DNA of 64,000 nucleotides from Patescibacteria group bacterium (GCA_020148045.1 JAHCRG010000006.1:137909-201908), one strand, 5' to 3'. Counted from the stretch's first letter, positions 42,680 through 52,643 are shown. Notes: generated by a model from the sequence alone, not told the origin. Translations and numbers: made by a program.

Positions 42680-44133
42680 TTTTAGCTTTGTGTATTTTTG
42701 CGCTCTTTTTTGCATGCTTTTGGGTAAATGAAGCCCAGGGGGCTTCGGTTTCTTTGTATTTATCTCCTTCCAGCGGCACTTATACTGTTGGCAGTACTTT
42801 TCCTGTTGCAGTTAAAGTAAGTAGCGGAGGACATGCAATTAACGCTGCCGAAGGAGTTTTAGTTTTCAATACAAAAGAGCTTGAAGTAGTTAGCGTTTCA
42901 AAATCAAGCTCAATTTTTACTCTCTGGACTAATGAACCGACTTTTTCTAATTCTACTGGAAATATAACTTTTGGCGGAGGCACGCCCGACAAATTTACCG
43001 GAACTTCAGGAACTATTATTACTATTACTTTTAAAGCTAAAGCTAATGCTTCAGCTAAGGTAACTTTTTCCTCAGGTTCAGTTTTAGCAGCTGATGGAAA
43101 GGGAACAAATGTATTAGATAATATGGTTTCTGGAACTTATGTTATTCAAAAAAAAGTAATTACTGAACCTCCAGAAGAATACACTCCTCCAGTTCCGGCC
43201 GGAGCTCCAGCTGCTCCTATTGTTTCTTCTCCTACTCATTCTGACCCGGATGAATGGTATTCTAATAATAACCCAGAATTTTCCTGGGAGCTCCCTCCAG
43301 ATGTTACCGGAGTAAGTTTAGCGCTTCATCCAGAACCTTTTGCTGATCCCGGACCGATTTCAGATGGTTTAATGGTATCAAAGAAATATGAAAACGTTGA
43401 AGGTGGAATCTGGTATTTCCATATTAAATTTAAGAATAAATATGGCTGGGGCAAGATTACTCATCGAAAAGTTTTAATTGCCTTAGAGGCACCGATTATT
43501 ACTGATTTTCCTCAGACAGTTCAAGTAGAAGATATTTTAGTTATTAAGGGAGCTTCTAAATACCCGGATGCCACAGTTACAGTTTTTGTTAAAAAAGAAG
43601 GAGAAGAACCAATTACTAGAGATATTAAGACAGATAGTGAAGGTAATTGGACTTTTATCTATGACAAAAGTTTAGAGAAAGGAACTTATCAGGTTTGGGC
43701 AAAAATAACTGACAGCCGAGGCGCAAAGAGCTACTCAACCGAAAAAATTACTATCGCAGTTACCTTGCCAGCTTTAATAAAGTTTGGTAAAATAACTATA
43801 GGTTATCTAACAGTTATGATTACTCTTATATCCTTAATTATATTATTAATATTAACAATCCTTTTGTTAATATTAATAACCTTTTATGCTTGGTATCGAA
43901 TTTCTCTTTGGCGGAAAAGAATTGGGAGAGAAACAGAGGAGGCGAAAAGAAGTGTTGAACAGGCCTTTAGTAATTTGCGTAAAGAAGTTCGAGAGCAGGT
44001 TGAATATTTTGATAAGAGACGAGGCTTATCAAAGGGAGAAAAAGAAATTCGCGATAAATTACAAAAAGCCTTAAGGGTTTCTGAAGAAGCTATTAGCAAA
44101 GAAATCAAAGATGTAGAAAAAGAATTGGAATGA
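42652..44133 (+). CDS. Cohesin-domain protein with Ig-like modules, a TM and a cytoplasmic coiled-coil tail
   Basis: Start at MEKIHKK (42652). Signal peptide, then SVSLYLSPSSGTYTVGSTFPVAVKVSSGGHAINAAEGVLVFNTKELEVVSV (cohesin-like). TM segment at ITIGYLTVMITLISLIILLILTILLLILITFYAW. Confidence 0.62.
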   Translation: MEKIHKKTLILALCIFALFFACFWVNEAQGASVSLYLSPSSGTYTVGSTFPVAVKVSSGGHAINAAEGVLVFNTKELEVVSVSKSSSIFTLWTNEPTFSNSTGNITFGGGTPDKFTGTSGTIITITFKAKANASAKVTFSSGSVLAADGKGTNVLDNMVSGTYVIQKKVITEPPEEYTPPVPAGAPAAPIVSSPTHSDPDEWYSNNNPEFSWELPPDVTGVSLALHPEPFADPGPISDGLMVSKKYENVEGGIWYFHIKFKNKYGWGKITHRKVLIALEAPIITDFPQTVQVEDILVIKGASKYPDATVTVFVKKEGEEPITRDIKTDSEGNWTFIYDKSLEKGTYQVWAKITDSRGAKSYSTEKITIAVTLPALIKFGKITIGYLTVMITLISLIILLILTILLLILITFYAWYRISLWRKRIGRETEEAKRSVEQAFSNLRKEVREQVEYFDKRRGLSKGEKEIRDKLQKALRVSEEAISKEIKDVEKELE

Positions 44134-44190
44134 ATGGTTAAAACTTTCACTTGAAGTAGTCAAAAGATGTTCTTTTGGCTACTTTGTTTG

Positions 44191-44230
44191 CCCCCACACC
44201 AATATTTTGGTAGTGGGGGTCGAATTTTTT
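44191..44230 (+). terminator. Intrinsic terminator of the CCCCCACACCAA hairpin family
   Basis: cccccacaccaa-tatt-ttggtagtggggg plus tcgaatttttt. Confidence 0.75.
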
Positions 44231-44302
44231 CAAAATTTTTGTTATCATAGTAATACAGAAAACTGTTCTCTGTAAGCTGTTGCTTTTTAAAGGAAGGTTA
44301 GG

Positions 44303-44308
44303 TAGAAT
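44303..44308 (+). promoter_or_regulatory. TAGAAT -10 box 6 nt upstream of the ftsZ ATG, with leaderless geometry
   Basis: Direct reading: ggtagaataaattaATG. Confidence 0.45.
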
Positions 44309-44314
44309 AAATTA

Positions 44315-46057
44315 ATGGTTAAGAAAAAGAGTATGGCCAAGAAAAAGAAAACTAAACCTCGTACCACTGTTCGAAAAAAGAGGTTGGACAAAAGAACTGG
44401 AAAAAAAGTGCTACGGGGTAAAAAAATAGAAAAGAAAAAGAAAACTTTAAAACCTACCAAAAAGAGGAAAGTTAAGGTTAAGGCTAAATTAAAAGTAAAG
44501 AAAAGGGTAAAAATAAGAAGAAAACCCAAGAGGACTAAGTCTGTAAAACGTCGAACTATTGTACGAAAAAAGGTGCGGGTTAAACCTCCTTTTTCTGACA
44601 TTACAATTCACAAAACCAAAATCAGGGTAATCGGGATTGGAGGAGGAGGTGGTTCAATTGTTTCAGAGATTGTTTCCAGGATAAAGAAGGCAGATTTTGT
44701 AATAGCTAATACTGATATTAGATCTCTTAGGGCAGTAAGACAAGTAAAGCGATTTCAGTTTGGTCAGAGTTTAACCAAAGGATTGGGTACTGGGATGAAT
44801 ACTGAGTTAGGGGAGCTGGCTGCCCTAGATGAGAAAGAGAAAATAAAAAAGCTTTTTGAGGGGCAAGATCTTTGTATTATAGTTGCCTGTTTGGGAGGAG
44901 GAACTGGCTCAGGGGCTACCCCTGTTTTCGCTAAGATTTCAAAGAATTTAGGTTGCCTTACTTATGGAATTTTTACTTTACCTTTTGAATTTGAGGGAGA
45001 GAAAAAAATGGAGATTGCCAAAGAATCTCTTGAGAAGATAAGGCCTAACCTTAATGCTTATTCAGTTATCCCTAATGAAAGAATTTTTCAAATAATTGAT
45101 AAAGATACGCCTTTAAAAGATGCTCTTTCCGCTATTAACGAAAGATTAGCTGAGAACTTAGAAGGATTAATTGGGATGATTTACTTGCCCGGTCTCATTA
45201 ACATTGATTTTGCTGATTTGAGAACGATTCTTGGTGGTCGCGGTCGTTTAAGTTATTTAAATACAATAGAAATTGAAGAGCCCGATAGGGAAGAGGTAGC
45301 TAAAAAAGTAATTTCCAGTCCCCTCTATCCTTACACTATCAAAGGAGCCAAGGGGATTTTATATAACATAGTAGGAGGAAAGACGCTTCAGCTTTCAGAA
45401 GTTTCTCAGCTGTCAAAGATAATTGCTGATTCCATAAATAAAAATGCAAAAATTATCTTCGGCATTAGTCAAGGTCAGAAATATCAAGGGAAAATCAAGA
45501 TAACCCTGTTAGCTACAGGTTGTGGGAAAAAGAGATTTTTGTTAAAACCCACTGAGAAGAAAACCAAATCCTTTACTTTTCGAAAGAAGCCAAAAAGGAA
45601 AAAGAAAACCCCAAAGACAAAAAAGCCAAAAATAGAAAAGAAAGAAAAGCCGAAATCAAAAACCAAGATAGTAAGGAAACCCAAATCCAAGCCAAAAGTA
45701 AAAATAAAAGAAAAAATTAAAATTAAAACTAAACGCAAAACTGTTAGTAAGAAAGCTTTATCCCGCACCTTTTCTCGATTAAAAAAGGTGAGGGGTTTAA
45801 TTAAAAAGAAACCCAGGAAAACTAAGCCCAAAAAAGAAAAAGTAATTCCCAAAACTAAAAGGCAACTCAAAAGGAAAGAGAAAAAAACTAAAGGGCCTGC
45901 CCGCCATTCGCCTAAGGCGAAGCCGATGGCAGGCGAGAAAGTTAGACGAAATGCTCTTCAATTAAAAAAGGTTATTGAAGAAGAAGAAAAAGAATTATTA
46001 GAAAGGGAAAAGATTTGGGAAACCCCGGCTATATTTAGAAGAAAAATAAATGATTAA
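44315..46057 (+). CDS. ftsZ: Cell division GTPase FtsZ with long polybasic N- and C-terminal extensions
   Basis: Core has IRVIGIGGGGGSIVSEI, GLGTGMNTELG, GGGTGSGATPVFA and NIDFADL. It is flanked by about 95 aa (N-terminal) and about 170 aa (C-terminal) of K/R-rich sequence. Confidence 0.9.
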   Translation: MVKKKSMAKKKKTKPRTTVRKKRLDKRTGKKVLRGKKIEKKKKTLKPTKKRKVKVKAKLKVKKRVKIRRKPKRTKSVKRRTIVRKKVRVKPPFSDITIHKTKIRVIGIGGGGGSIVSEIVSRIKKADFVIANTDIRSLRAVRQVKRFQFGQSLTKGLGTGMNTELGELAALDEKEKIKKLFEGQDLCIIVACLGGGTGSGATPVFAKISKNLGCLTYGIFTLPFEFEGEKKMEIAKESLEKIRPNLNAYSVIPNERIFQIIDKDTPLKDALSAINERLAENLEGLIGMIYLPGLINIDFADLRTILGGRGRLSYLNTIEIEEPDREEVAKKVISSPLYPYTIKGAKGILYNIVGGKTLQLSEVSQLSKIIADSINKNAKIIFGISQGQKYQGKIKITLLATGCGKKRFLLKPTEKKTKSFTFRKKPKRKKKTPKTKKPKIEKKEKPKSKTKIVRKPKSKPKVKIKEKIKIKTKRKTVSKKALSRTFSRLKKVRGLIKKKPRKTKPKKEKVIPKTKRQLKRKEKKTKGPARHSPKAKPMAGEKVRRNALQLKKVIEEEEKELLEREKIWETPAIFRRKIND

Positions 46058-46940
46058 TATGGAAATAAAAAAAGCTATTATTCCTTTGGCTGGTGCAGCT
46101 ACAAGATTTCTGCCCTTAACAAAGGTGGTGTCAAAAGAGCTTTGGCCATTGGCAGATGTACCGATTATTCAATATATTATTGAAGAAGCAAAGAACTCAG
46201 ATATTCAAGAGATAATTTTTGTTCTAAACCCTGAGAACAAAAAGGTTTTAGATTATCTAAAACCTTCTCCTAAAATAGAAAAAATCTTAAAAGAGAGAAA
46301 AAAAGAAAATATCTTGGCAGAGATGAAAAAATTAGAAGAACTTTTAAAAGATATTTCTTTTTCTTATGTTTTACAAAAAAAGCCTTTAGGGGACGGTCAC
46401 GCGCTTTTACAGGCGGCAAAACTTGTAGGGGAAGGACCTGTGGCTTGTATGTTTGGAGATGATGTTATTGATTCAAAAACACCCGGTGTTTTACAATTAG
46501 CCAGAATTTTTAAGACCTGCCAAAAACCAATTATTGCCCTCCATCGTCCGCCTAAAGATAAAATCCCTCAATATGGAATAGTTGGTGTTGAGAAAATTGC
46601 TAATCGTCTTTACAAAATTAAAAAAATCATAGAAAAGCCATCTTTGGAAGAAGCTCCTTCTGATTTGGCAATTGTGGGAAGATATATTTTGACTCCTGAA
46701 GTGTTTGATTATTTGAAAAAAGCCAGGCCCACTAAAAAGGGAGAAATAATTCTGGCTGAGGTTTTTAATAATCAGATGCTGAAAGATGGTAAAGTGATTT
46801 ATGGATATGAATTTGAAGGGAACTGGCTTGAATGCGGGGATAAAATTAGATGGCTAAAATCAAACCTTTATTTCTCTTTGAAACATCCCAAATTCGGCCC
46901 TGAATTAAAAAATTATTTAAAAGAATTAAAAATAATATGA
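46050..46940 (+). CDS. galU: UTP--glucose-1-phosphate uridylyltransferase
   Basis: KAIIPLAGAATRFLPLTKVVSKELWPLADVPIIQYIIEE. The start may be the ATG at 46059, because 46050 overlaps the ftsZ stop. Confidence 0.88.
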   Translation: MINMEIKKAIIPLAGAATRFLPLTKVVSKELWPLADVPIIQYIIEEAKNSDIQEIIFVLNPENKKVLDYLKPSPKIEKILKERKKENILAEMKKLEELLKDISFSYVLQKKPLGDGHALLQAAKLVGEGPVACMFGDDVIDSKTPGVLQLARIFKTCQKPIIALHRPPKDKIPQYGIVGVEKIANRLYKIKKIIEKPSLEEAPSDLAIVGRYILTPEVFDYLKKARPTKKGEIILAEVFNNQMLKDGKVIYGYEFEGNWLECGDKIRWLKSNLYFSLKHPKFGPELKNYLKELKII

Positions 46941-47815
46941 TTGAAGTAAATAAATCCATTCTAAAAAATATCTATCAAAAAAGGCCTGCGACTGCCAGAA
47001 AATATGATTATGGTTTGTTGTTAGTTATTGGCGGTTCAGAATTTTATAGTGGTTCTCCAGCTTTTTCAGCCCTTGCTGCTTTTAAAACAGGAGTAGATAT
47101 GGTTAGAATTATTGCTCCAAAAAGAGCGGCTGATATAATTGCTTCTTTTAGCCCTAATTTAGCAGCTTATCCTTTACAAGGAGTTCATTTGAACAAAGAG
47201 AACTTAATTACTTTAATTTCAATGACGAAAGGCGCTAAAGCTGCTGCTAAAGGAAAAGCAGCTGTGGTGATCGGCGGAGGAATGGGAAGGTCGCAAGAAA
47301 CCCAAGAAGCAATTTTGGAATACTTATCTCAGGTTTCCGTGCCAGTTGTTGTTGACGCTGATGGAATTCATGCTTTAGGGAAAAAACCAGAAACAATATC
47401 TGACCAACCGTCTTTGATTACTCCCCATGCTCACGAATTTTTCGTTTTGACAGGAAAAGAAGTGGCTGAACTTTCTGACGAAGAGAAAATAAGGATAGTT
47501 CAGGAAGAAGCTGGCCGGCTTAAGACAACAATTTTATTAAAAGGAAAAATAGATATAATTTCTAATGGCAAAGAAGTTGCTATTGCCAAAGCTGGTTCTC
47601 CATATATGACCGTCGGCGGTATGGGAGATACTTTAGCTGGTGTTTGCGGGGCTTTGTTAGCAAGAGGGATGAGTCCTTTTGAAGCAGCCCAAGCCGGTAT
47701 TTTAATCAATGATTTGGCTGGAGAAATAGCTTGCAAAAAATTAGGAGAATCAGTAATGGCTACTGATTTAATTGAGGCAATCCCTCAAGTAATAAAAGGT
47801 CGCTTTCTAAAATAA
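46937..47815 (+). CDS. nnrD: ADP/ATP-dependent NAD(P)H-hydrate dehydratase (YjeF C-terminal family)
   Basis: YDYGLLLVIGGSEFYSGSPAFSALAA, TPHAHEF, GSPYMTVGGMGDTLAG. Confidence 0.85.
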   Translation: MIEVNKSILKNIYQKRPATARKYDYGLLLVIGGSEFYSGSPAFSALAAFKTGVDMVRIIAPKRAADIIASFSPNLAAYPLQGVHLNKENLITLISMTKGAKAAAKGKAAVVIGGGMGRSQETQEAILEYLSQVSVPVVVDADGIHALGKKPETISDQPSLITPHAHEFFVLTGKEVAELSDEEKIRIVQEEAGRLKTTILLKGKIDIISNGKEVAIAKAGSPYMTVGGMGDTLAGVCGALLARGMSPFEAAQAGILINDLAGEIACKKLGESVMATDLIEAIPQVIKGRFLK

Positions 47816-47829
47816 AAACTTAATTAAAG

Positions 47830-48591
47830 ATGCTTAATTTAAAAAACAAAGTAGCAATTATTACCGGAGCCAGAAGAGGCATGGGCAGAACTCATGCTTT
47901 AACTTTGGCTAAGGCAGGAGCAAAAGTGGTTGCTTCTGATATTTCTTTAGAGGATTGTGAAAAAGTAGTAAAAGAAATTGAAAAAGATGGAGGAGAGGGC
48001 TTGGCTCTAAAGTGTGATGTTACTAAAAAGAAAGAAGTTGAGGAGATGGTTAAAAAGACAGTAAAAAAATGGGGCAGGTTGGATATTTTGGTAAATAATG
48101 CTGGAATTTGTCAATTTAAACCATTTCTGGACCTAACTGAAGAAGAATGGGATAGGACAATTAATATTAATTTGAAAGGATATTTTCTTTGCGCCCAAGC
48201 AGCAGCAAAAGAAATGGCAAAGCAAAAGTCAGGAGTGATTGTTAATATTGCGTCTGTGGCTATGGGCCAGCAGGGAATTGGTTTTCCTAATATTGTTCAT
48301 TACTGCGCTTCAAAAGGAGGAATTGTTGGGATGACTGAAGCTCTGGCTCTTGAGATGGCACCATATAATATCAGGGTTAATGCTATTTCTCCTGGAATGA
48401 TTGATACTCCAATGATTGACCCGGTTAAGAAAGATCCTCAACAAGAAAAAGGAATTTTAGCCAGGATTCCAATGCATCGCATGGCAGATGCTCAAGAAGT
48501 TTCTAATTTAGTTTTGTTTCTGGCATCAGATGAGTCCTCTTATATGACCGGCTCCACTGTGGTAATTGACGGCGGCTGGCTCGCCGGGTAG
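47830..48591 (+). CDS. Short-chain dehydrogenase/reductase (FabG-like)
   Basis: TGARRGMGR (TGxxxGxG), NNAG, YCASKGG (YxxxK). Confidence 0.85.
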   Translation: MLNLKNKVAIITGARRGMGRTHALTLAKAGAKVVASDISLEDCEKVVKEIEKDGGEGLALKCDVTKKKEVEEMVKKTVKKWGRLDILVNNAGICQFKPFLDLTEEEWDRTININLKGYFLCAQAAAKEMAKQKSGVIVNIASVAMGQQGIGFPNIVHYCASKGGIVGMTEALALEMAPYNIRVNAISPGMIDTPMIDPVKKDPQQEKGILARIPMHRMADAQEVSNLVLFLASDESSYMTGSTVVIDGGWLAG

Positions 48592-48614
48592 TTATTCTCT
48601 AAAAACTTTTGAGA

Positions 48615-48640
48615 AGCCCCGTCCAGGCGGGGCTTTTTCT
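48615..48640 (+). terminator. Intrinsic terminator
   Basis: agccccg-tccagg-cggggct plus a T-run. Confidence 0.8.
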
Positions 48641-48671
48641 TTTTAGAGGAATGGTGTAAAATGGATATAAT

Positions 48672-49592
48672 ATGAAGCATGATTTAATTATTATTGGTGG
48701 GGGACCGGCTGGAATGACAGCTGGTATCTACGCTGGTCGTTTGGGTTTAAAAACTCTTTTAATTACCAAGAGCTTTGGAGGACAAATAGCTAAGAAGGCT
48801 GTAAGTATTGAGAATTATCCTGGATTTGAATCAATTTCCGGAATTGAATTAGTTCAGAAAATAGAAAAGCATTTGAAATCTCAAAAAATTGATATTGAGA
48901 TGGATGAAATAAGAAAGGTTGAGAAAAAGAATAATGATTTCTTGGTTTTTGCTAAAAGCAAAAAAGAATTTCAGGTAAAAGCAGTAATTCTGGCTTCTGG
49001 AGCTGACCCTCGTCCTTTGGAGGTTCCCGGCGAGAAAGAATTTATTGGCAAAGGGGTGAGCTACTGCTCCGTCTGCGATGGTCCATTGTTTAAGGATAAA
49101 GTTGTAGCCGTGATTGGAGGAGGAAATGCTGGTTTTGAAACAGCTATATTTTTAGGTCAACATGCTAAGAAAATATATATTTTAGAATATGCGTCAGAGC
49201 CAGGGGCAGATGCTGCAAATCAGGAAATAGTTAAAAAAGCTGGCAAGACAGAGATAATAACAAATGCTGCTCCAAGAGAAATTAAGGGAAAGGATTTTGT
49301 AGGTTCAATAATCTATGAAGATAGAAAAACAGGAAAAGAGAAAACTTTAAAGGTTCAGGGCGTCTTTGTGGAAATTGGTTATCAGCCAGCAACTTCCTAT
49401 GTTAGGGGCTTGGTTGATTTTAATGAAAGGGATGAAATAAAGGTAGATTATGAAACCTGTCAGACAAAAACTCCTGGGCTTTTTGCAGCGGGAGATGTAA
49501 ATGTAGGTTCTGCTAAGCAGATTGTTACAGCTGCAGGCGAAGGAGCAAAAGCTGCCATAGCCGCTTATAACTATATTCAAAAGAAAACATGA
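48672..49592 (+). CDS. trxB: Thioredoxin-disulfide reductase
   Basis: IIGGGPAGMTAG, redox CSVCDG, GGGNAGFETA, GLFAAGDV. Confidence 0.9.
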   Translation: MKHDLIIIGGGPAGMTAGIYAGRLGLKTLLITKSFGGQIAKKAVSIENYPGFESISGIELVQKIEKHLKSQKIDIEMDEIRKVEKKNNDFLVFAKSKKEFQVKAVILASGADPRPLEVPGEKEFIGKGVSYCSVCDGPLFKDKVVAVIGGGNAGFETAIFLGQHAKKIYILEYASEPGADAANQEIVKKAGKTEIITNAAPREIKGKDFVGSIIYEDRKTGKEKTLKVQGVFVEIGYQPATSYVRGLVDFNERDEIKVDYETCQTKTPGLFAAGDVNVGSAKQIVTAAGEGAKAAIAAYNYIQKKT

Positions 49593-50689
49593 TTAAGGGT
49601 TTGAAAGCAAGAGAAATATTGGATTCCAGGGGGAAGCCAACTGTTGAGGTTGAATTAAGAACTAATAAAGGTGTTTTTAGAGCATCTGTTCCTTCAGGTG
49701 CTTCTGAAGGAAAACACGAGGCAATCGAGTTAAAAGCATCAGAAGCAGTTAAAAACGTAAATCAAATTATTGCTCCTGAGCTTGAAGCTAGAGATCCAGC
49801 TCTTCAGAAAGAGATAGATGAGTTAATGATTGATTTGGATGGTACAGAAAATAAATCAAAATTAGGAGCTAATGCTATTTTACCTGTTTCCATTGCTGTT
49901 TGCCGAGCTGGTGCTGCTGTTAAAAAACTTCCTCTTTGGAAATATATTTCTCAAATTGCTAAAACAAAACCTGGTTTACCTACACCTTCTGTTCTTTTAA
50001 TTGAAGGGGGACTTCATGCTAAAAATAAACTTGATTTCCAGGAATTTATGATAGTTACGAAGTTTGAGCAAGCAAAGGAAATTTATCAGAAGCTTGGAAA
50101 GATTTTAGCTACAGGGCTAGGTGATGAAGGTGGTTTTGCTCCACAGATTTCAGACCCAAACCAGACCCTGGATTTTATTATGGAGGCGGCCAGAGGATAT
50201 ACTATAAAAATAGGCCTGGATTGTGCTGCGTCACACTGGAGGAAGAAAAAATATGACATAGATTTTTATACCAGCTTAGTTAGCAAATATCCAATTATTT
50301 TTCTTGAGGATCCTTTTGGAGAAGAGGACTGGGAACTGTTTCAGGAAATTACTAGAAAATTGGGTAAAAAAGTGACTATTGTAGGAGATGACCTTTTAAC
50401 CACTAATGTTAAAAGAATCAAAAAGGCTAGAAGTAAAAGGGCTTGCAATGGGACAATTATTAAACCAGATCAAGTTGGCACAGTAAATGAAGTTATTGAA
50501 GCTGTAAAATTAGCCAAGTCGTTTGACTGGAAAATTATGGTCTCTCATCGGGCAGGGGAGACCATGGATGATTTTATTGCTGATTTGGCAGTTGGCATTG
50601 GCGCTGATTTCATTAAATCCGGCGGTCCAACCAAACCTGAACGATTAGTAAAGTATAACCGTTTATTAAAAATCGAAGAAGAAAAATGA
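49589..50689 (+). CDS. eno: Enolase (compact, 366 aa)
   Basis: AREILDSRGKPTVEVE, SGASEGKHEA, VGDDLLTTN, SHRAGETMDDFIADLAV. Confidence 0.88.
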   Translation: MIKGLKAREILDSRGKPTVEVELRTNKGVFRASVPSGASEGKHEAIELKASEAVKNVNQIIAPELEARDPALQKEIDELMIDLDGTENKSKLGANAILPVSIAVCRAGAAVKKLPLWKYISQIAKTKPGLPTPSVLLIEGGLHAKNKLDFQEFMIVTKFEQAKEIYQKLGKILATGLGDEGGFAPQISDPNQTLDFIMEAARGYTIKIGLDCAASHWRKKKYDIDFYTSLVSKYPIIFLEDPFGEEDWELFQEITRKLGKKVTIVGDDLLTTNVKRIKKARSKRACNGTIIKPDQVGTVNEVIEAVKLAKSFDWKIMVSHRAGETMDDFIADLAVGIGADFIKSGGPTKPERLVKYNRLLKIEEEK

Positions 50690-51888
50690 AAAAGATTGTT
50701 TTAATTATTATTGATGGGCTGGGGGATAGGCCGATTGCGGCTCTTGGGAATAAAACCCCGCTTGAAGCAGCTAAGACGCCTAATTTGGATTTTTTAGTTG
50801 AAAATGGAATTTGTGGTTTAGTTGAACCTAAGTTTCAAGGCGCTACCCCAACATCTGAAGGCGCCCATTTTTCTTTGTTTGGTTATGACCCTGAAGTTTA
50901 TAAAATAAGGAGGGGAATTATTACAGCAACAGGCGCTGGGCTTAAAGCAAAAAAAGGAGATGTTGCTTTGAGAGGAAACTTTGCTACTGTTGATAAAGAA
51001 CTAAATATGATTGATAGAAGAGCTGGCAGAATTAAAAATCCAGGTCTTTTGATTAAAGCTTTAAATGGAATAAAAATTAACAATGTAAGATTTTTATTAA
51101 AAAGCGCCACAGAACATAGATTGGGAATTATAATGAGAGGGAAAAATTTGAGCCCTGATATTTCAGACGGTGATCCTCATTATGGAAAACTTGGGAAAAA
51201 GGCAAGAAAAATTAAACCTTTTAATAAGAGTGCTAACGCAGTTTTTACAGCTAAAGTTTTGAATAAATTTTTAAAAAGAGCCGGTCAGATTTTAAAAGCT
51301 CATCCCTTGAATAAAAAAAGAGAAAAAATGGGATTGCCAGTAGCAAACTATATTTTAGTGAGAGGTGCTTCTACTGTTAAAAAATTACCTTCTTTTAAAA
51401 AGAGATATAACTTGAAAGCCTGTTGTATCGCCGGCAAGTTTCTTTATCAACAGATTGGCAAGATTTTAGGGATGGACCTGATAAAAGTTAAAGGAGCTAA
51501 TGGGCTTGTTAACACAAACTTGAAAGGGAAAGTTCAAGCTGTAAAAAAGGCCCTGAGAAAGTATAATTTTGTTTTCTTACATATTAAGGCAACGGATTCT
51601 TTGGCTGAGGACGGGAACTTTAAAGGAAAAAAAGAATTTATTGAGAAGATAGATGGAAATTTGAAACCAATTTTAAATCTTAAAGATACCTTAATAGTAG
51701 CTACGGCTGACCATTCCACTTGCTGTTCTCTCAAAAGACATTGTTCAGAGCCGATACCAATTTTAATTTTTGGCGATGGTAAAGATTCGGTGAAAGAATT
51801 TTCTGAAAAGGTTTGTCAGAAAGGAAAGTTAGGAAGAATAAAGCAGACAAATTTAATGAAGAAAGTTTTGGCTATTGCCAAGAAATAA
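50686..51888 (+). CDS. apgM: Cofactor-independent phosphoglycerate mutase, archaeal type (ApgM)
   Basis: IIDGLGDRP, KTPNLDFL, FLHIKATDSLAEDGN, ATADHSTC. Confidence 0.85.
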   Translation: MKKIVLIIIDGLGDRPIAALGNKTPLEAAKTPNLDFLVENGICGLVEPKFQGATPTSEGAHFSLFGYDPEVYKIRRGIITATGAGLKAKKGDVALRGNFATVDKELNMIDRRAGRIKNPGLLIKALNGIKINNVRFLLKSATEHRLGIIMRGKNLSPDISDGDPHYGKLGKKARKIKPFNKSANAVFTAKVLNKFLKRAGQILKAHPLNKKREKMGLPVANYILVRGASTVKKLPSFKKRYNLKACCIAGKFLYQQIGKILGMDLIKVKGANGLVNTNLKGKVQAVKKALRKYNFVFLHIKATDSLAEDGNFKGKKEFIEKIDGNLKPILNLKDTLIVATADHSTCCSLKRHCSEPIPILIFGDGKDSVKEFSEKVCQKGKLGRIKQTNLMKKVLAIAKK

Positions 51889-51910
51889 ACATTTTGCTAA
51901 AATAAAAAAT

Positions 51911-52639
51911 ATGAACAAGAACTTATTAGCAATAGCAATTATTATTGCAGGTGTCCTAATTGCTGGGGCAATCGTTTACACCAACTATTCAAAGTCTTCA
52001 GAAGAGGGTGAGGTTTTGTCTTCCCAAGAAGCCGGGGAGAAGATGGTAAATTTTATTAGTGATAATATCTTACAGGGAGAAGCTGCCATTTCTTTAATAG
52101 AGACATTGGAAGAGAATGGGTTGTACAAAGTTAAGTTTGAGGTTGAAGGAGAAGAGGTAGAATGGCGTATAACAAAAGATGGAGAGCTTATCTTTCCTCA
52201 AGTAATTGATTTAGCAGAATTTGAACTACCGGCAGAAGAGACAGGTCAGACAATTGGGAATTTTTCAGTAAGTAATGATGAAGTTTGTAAAGAGAATGGT
52301 AAACCCATTGTTTATTTTTTTGGCTCTGAGGAATGTAGTTATTGTAAATGGGAGCATCCTGTAATGGAAGAGGTGGCAGCAAAATTTGAGGGAGAGATAG
52401 CTTTTCATAATAATATGGATTCAGAAGCTGATATGGATGTATTTTCCAAATATAGCACTGGCGGTGGCATACCAACTTTAGTTTTAGGGTGTAAATATTA
52501 CCGAGTTGGAGCTGGAACCCAATCTGGCGAAGAAAAAGAAACAGAGTATTTAACTGCTTTAATTTGTAAGTTAACAGAGAATAAACCTGCTGACGTCTGT
52601 AGCTCTGTTCAAGATTTAATTAACGAAATAAAAGATTAA
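51911..52639 (+). CDS. Membrane-anchored thioredoxin-fold (DsbA-like) protein
   Basis: Start at MNKNLLAIAIIIAG. CSYC redox motif in a thioredoxin-like C-terminal domain. Confidence 0.65.
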   Translation: MNKNLLAIAIIIAGVLIAGAIVYTNYSKSSEEGEVLSSQEAGEKMVNFISDNILQGEAAISLIETLEENGLYKVKFEVEGEEVEWRITKDGELIFPQVIDLAEFELPAEETGQTIGNFSVSNDEVCKENGKPIVYFFGSEECSYCKWEHPVMEEVAAKFEGEIAFHNNMDSEADMDVFSKYSTGGGIPTLVLGCKYYRVGAGTQSGEEKETEYLTALICKLTENKPADVCSSVQDLINEIKD

Positions 52640-52643
52640 TGAA

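Noticed and set aside
44287-45870. Antisense ORFs (44287-44601 -, 45484-45870 -) opposite the Lys-rich FtsZ tails, and the impression of a tandem-repeat array there.
   Set aside because: AAA/AAG codon runs give open Phe/Leu-rich antisense frames. The periodicity is irregular low complexity, not a spaced repeat array or CRISPR.
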